Shown here: positions 37,294-39,470 of the stretch, one piece after another
Layout: every line of letters starts with the position of its first letter
Numbering within the stretch: position 1 is the first letter of the stretch
From: a virus
Lineage: Duplodnaviria; Caudoviricetes
Length of the DNA stretch: 39,470 nt
Reading direction: 5' to 3' (one strand)
Virus record (IMG/VR): IMGVR_UViG_3300025723_001504
Location: 1 to 39,470 of that record
Notes under the pieces: generated by a model
Told to the model about the DNA's origin: nothing
The model's input: only the letters and a program-made list of their open reading frames with translations
Database searches by the model: none
Made by a program: the position numbers and the translations under genes

Positions 37294-37841
37294 ACATTAA
37301 TTGGGTATTATCTAATACTGTCACATTCGGTCCCGAAGTAGAGATTGAAAAACTCAAAAATATTGGTAGTTTTTGGGGTAGTTGGCGCACTTGGCGCGGT
37401 TGCCAGACAGACAATGTTATATGCAATGATCTAACTAAAGCCACTGATTTATTAAAACGAAATTTTCAAAAAAATTGTAATTTTTATATACCAAACAGTG
37501 CTTTCCAAATACTTAACCGCCCAGAAGGTGTGCGATTGTTTGAAGGTACTTTTACACACAAAGTTGATTGCCAAGAAGAAATCATAGCCATGCATTTGGC
37601 TGCAGGCACTAGTGATGTAGTATTGCTTTTAGGTTTTGATTTATCCAAAGAAATCGCAGAACAACTAGTAGATTTAAAATATCAAAACTATAGAGGATTG
37701 GTACGCCAAGCTATTTTGGATAATAATCACATCCAGTGGGTACTAGTTGATCACCCGGAACCCATAATGAAAGAGTTTGCTAATTTAGAAAATCTCAGTA
37801 CTGATACTATGGAAACGGTATTGACCTTTTTGGATAGTTGA
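37290..37841 (+). CDS. Hypothetical protein, possibly sugar-transferase/MptE-like fold
   Basis: VLLLGFD motif; ATGA-coupled; function tentative. Confidence 0.6.
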   Translation: MNINWVLSNTVTFGPEVEIEKLKNIGSFWGSWRTWRGCQTDNVICNDLTKATDLLKRNFQKNCNFYIPNSAFQILNRPEGVRLFEGTFTHKVDCQEEIIAMHLAAGTSDVVLLLGFDLSKEIAEQLVDLKYQNYRGLVRQAILDNNHIQWVLVDHPEPIMKEFANLENLSTDTMETVLTFLDS

Positions 37842-37866
37842 CAATTAAGTATTATTGTCATATAAT
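37838..37866 (+). promoter_or_regulatory. Perfect-consensus sigma70 promoter of uvsE
   Basis: TTGACA-N17-TATAAT; ATG 6 nt downstream. Confidence 0.85.
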
Positions 37867-37872
37867 ACTAGT

Positions 37873-38934
37873 ATGACTACACTAAAGCGTATTGGCTTCT
37901 GTTGCAAATGGCTGAATGATCCGAGTGAATGTGGCGGCATAAAGGTCAATGCAGTAGATCGAGACCTTAACGGGCGTTCAACTACCATGCGTTGGTTGCG
38001 TGAGCATCCAGCCGAAGCCGAACAACGCCAGTGGGACATTATGAATCACAACGCCGAGGCCGCTGTGCGCTTGATCGAGCGGGTGGCCACATTACCGCCC
38101 GAACGGCGCATGGTGCGGTTGGGTAGTGAAATGTTGCAGGGCTATACCGAGAAGGATTGGAAGTCGTGGTGGCAACAGAAGGATGTGCAGAATCACTTGG
38201 AGCGGATTTTTGCTCCCATAGGTGAAACTGCCAGGCGATTAGATGTGCGCTTGAGTTTTCACCCAGGACAGTTTTGTGTGTTGGCCAGCGAGAATCCTGG
38301 CATTGTAGAAAGATCAATTGAGGAGTTTGAGTATCATGCAGATATGGCCAGGTGGATGGGTTATGGTAAATCATTTCAAGACTTCAAAATCAATGTCCAC
38401 ATCTCGGGTAAACGCGGTACCCAAGGCCTACGAGACGCCTACAGTAAACTCTCGCCCGAAGCCCGCCGTTGTATTACAATTGAAAACGAAGAAAACTCCT
38501 GGGGGTTAAATGATTGTCTTAGCATTTCTGATATTGTTCCTATTGTCATGGATGTTCATCATTTCTGGATCAGAGAAGGCGCCTACATACAGCCCAACGA
38601 CGACCGTGTTAAAAGAGTTGTTGATAGTTGGCACGGTGTTCGTCCTGCTATGCATTACAGTGTCAGTAGGGAAGACATACTTGTGGGACATGACGCACAG
38701 ATTGCCCCCGACTATCCGGCACTTTTGGTAGCAGGCCACAAGAAACAAAAGCTACGAGCGCACAGTGATTTTTACTGGAATCAACCTGTAACCGACTGGG
38801 CACTGAGCTTCTGGCCGCAGTTTGATATACAGTGCGAGTCAAAAGGCAAAAACTTGGCCAGCGAGCAGGTTTATGATCGTGCTGTGGAACTAGGACTAGT
38901 AAATGCAACAGTTTCAAGCATGGCCGCCACCTAA
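37873..38934 (+). CDS. uvsE: UV DNA damage endonuclease (UVDE)
   Basis: RIGFCC, RLSFHPGQF, INVH, ITIEN, DVHH, HYS, RAHSD, ESKGK. Confidence 0.92.
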   Translation: MTTLKRIGFCCKWLNDPSECGGIKVNAVDRDLNGRSTTMRWLREHPAEAEQRQWDIMNHNAEAAVRLIERVATLPPERRMVRLGSEMLQGYTEKDWKSWWQQKDVQNHLERIFAPIGETARRLDVRLSFHPGQFCVLASENPGIVERSIEEFEYHADMARWMGYGKSFQDFKINVHISGKRGTQGLRDAYSKLSPEARRCITIENEENSWGLNDCLSISDIVPIVMDVHHFWIREGAYIQPNDDRVKRVVDSWHGVRPAMHYSVSREDILVGHDAQIAPDYPALLVAGHKKQKLRAHSDFYWNQPVTDWALSFWPQFDIQCESKGKNLASEQVYDRAVELGLVNATVSSMAAT

Positions 38935-39136
38935 TTGGCACGAATGTGTAGTTGCATGGAATTCGATATTAGAATCAAAAGAATTTCATCCTAGATATCT
39001 GTATGAGTGGTGCGATCAATACAATAGCCCTGGCAGATATCATGTTCATGGATGGAAATCAACAGAAGGATTTGCATTTAGATTTGAAAACCCGCATGAT
39101 GCTGTTATGTTTAAATTAACTTGGAAATGCGAATAA
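38903..39136 (+). CDS. Hypothetical protein
   Basis: 77 aa; ends FRFENPHDAVMFKLTW. Confidence 0.65.
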   Translation: MQQFQAWPPPNWHECVVAWNSILESKEFHPRYLYEWCDQYNSPGRYHVHGWKSTEGFAFRFENPHDAVMFKLTWKCE

Positions 39137-39438
39137 TGGATTTTATTTTTGAAGCGGCTGGTAATGCCTGGCAGTATATTAAAAAGGACCACGCAGAATG
39201 GCCTTTGAGATTTTATGCCGAAGTGTTTAGTTGGGCCTGTAGTGTAATCAGTGCTGTGATATTTGCGGCAACAGTGCCCACAGTTCCGGTTATTCCGCTA
39301 TACACGATTTTTATCAGTGGATGTTGTGCCGCAGGGTGGACATGCTGGACCCGTGGTAGTTTTGGACTACTGGCCAATTATGTCTTTCTAGTTACTATAG
39401 ATATGATCGGCCTGGCCCGGATGATTGTTAATACTTAA
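39136..39438 (+). CDS. Small multi-TM membrane protein
   Basis: TAATG-coupled start at 39136; three hydrophobic segments. Confidence 0.7.
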   Translation: MDFIFEAAGNAWQYIKKDHAEWPLRFYAEVFSWACSVISAVIFAATVPTVPVIPLYTIFISGCCAAGWTCWTRGSFGLLANYVFLVTIDMIGLARMIVNT

Positions 39439-39470
39439 TCTGGCTTTGGGCCTCGTGGCTTACGGGTTGT

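Overview
A gene-dense segment of a large T4-like/jumbo-type dsDNA bacteriophage, almost all on the + strand and in the standard genetic code. The host is probably a proteobacterium: GroEL, IscU and IscA look betaproteobacterial, which is an inference. The window carries putative virion genes (PAAR, a pectate-lyase-fold tail protein), nrdA/nrdB/glutaredoxin, an ATP-dependent DNA ligase, a PD-(D/E)XK exonuclease and uvsE. It also carries Fe-S genes (iscU, iscA, a CDGSH-type protein, a radical SAM enzyme), a proteostasis/translation island (clpX, bS21, groES, groEL, hsp20, clpS), an amidinotransferase/oxygenase/glycosyltransferase-like cluster, and two free-standing homing endonucleases. The most striking observation is that iscU is broken at its conserved A-C-G|D motif by exactly 8 extra nt (GGT-TAA-CT-GGA: Gly codon, stop, 2 nt, second Gly codon), directly behind an HNH endonuclease gene. 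This layout resembles a miniature version of the T4 mobA/gene 60 endonuclease plus ribosomal-bypass cassette, but pseudogenisation or an assembly error cannot be excluded from sequence alone. Other notable non-coding structure includes two covarying ROSE-like leaders (one driving hsp20, one driving only an 8-codon ORF), a diverged 141-bp direct repeat around an inserted epimerase, twin early-promoter cassettes, and TAAATA late-type promoters placed 5-7 nt before start codons. All family calls come from motifs recognised by eye; no searches were run.
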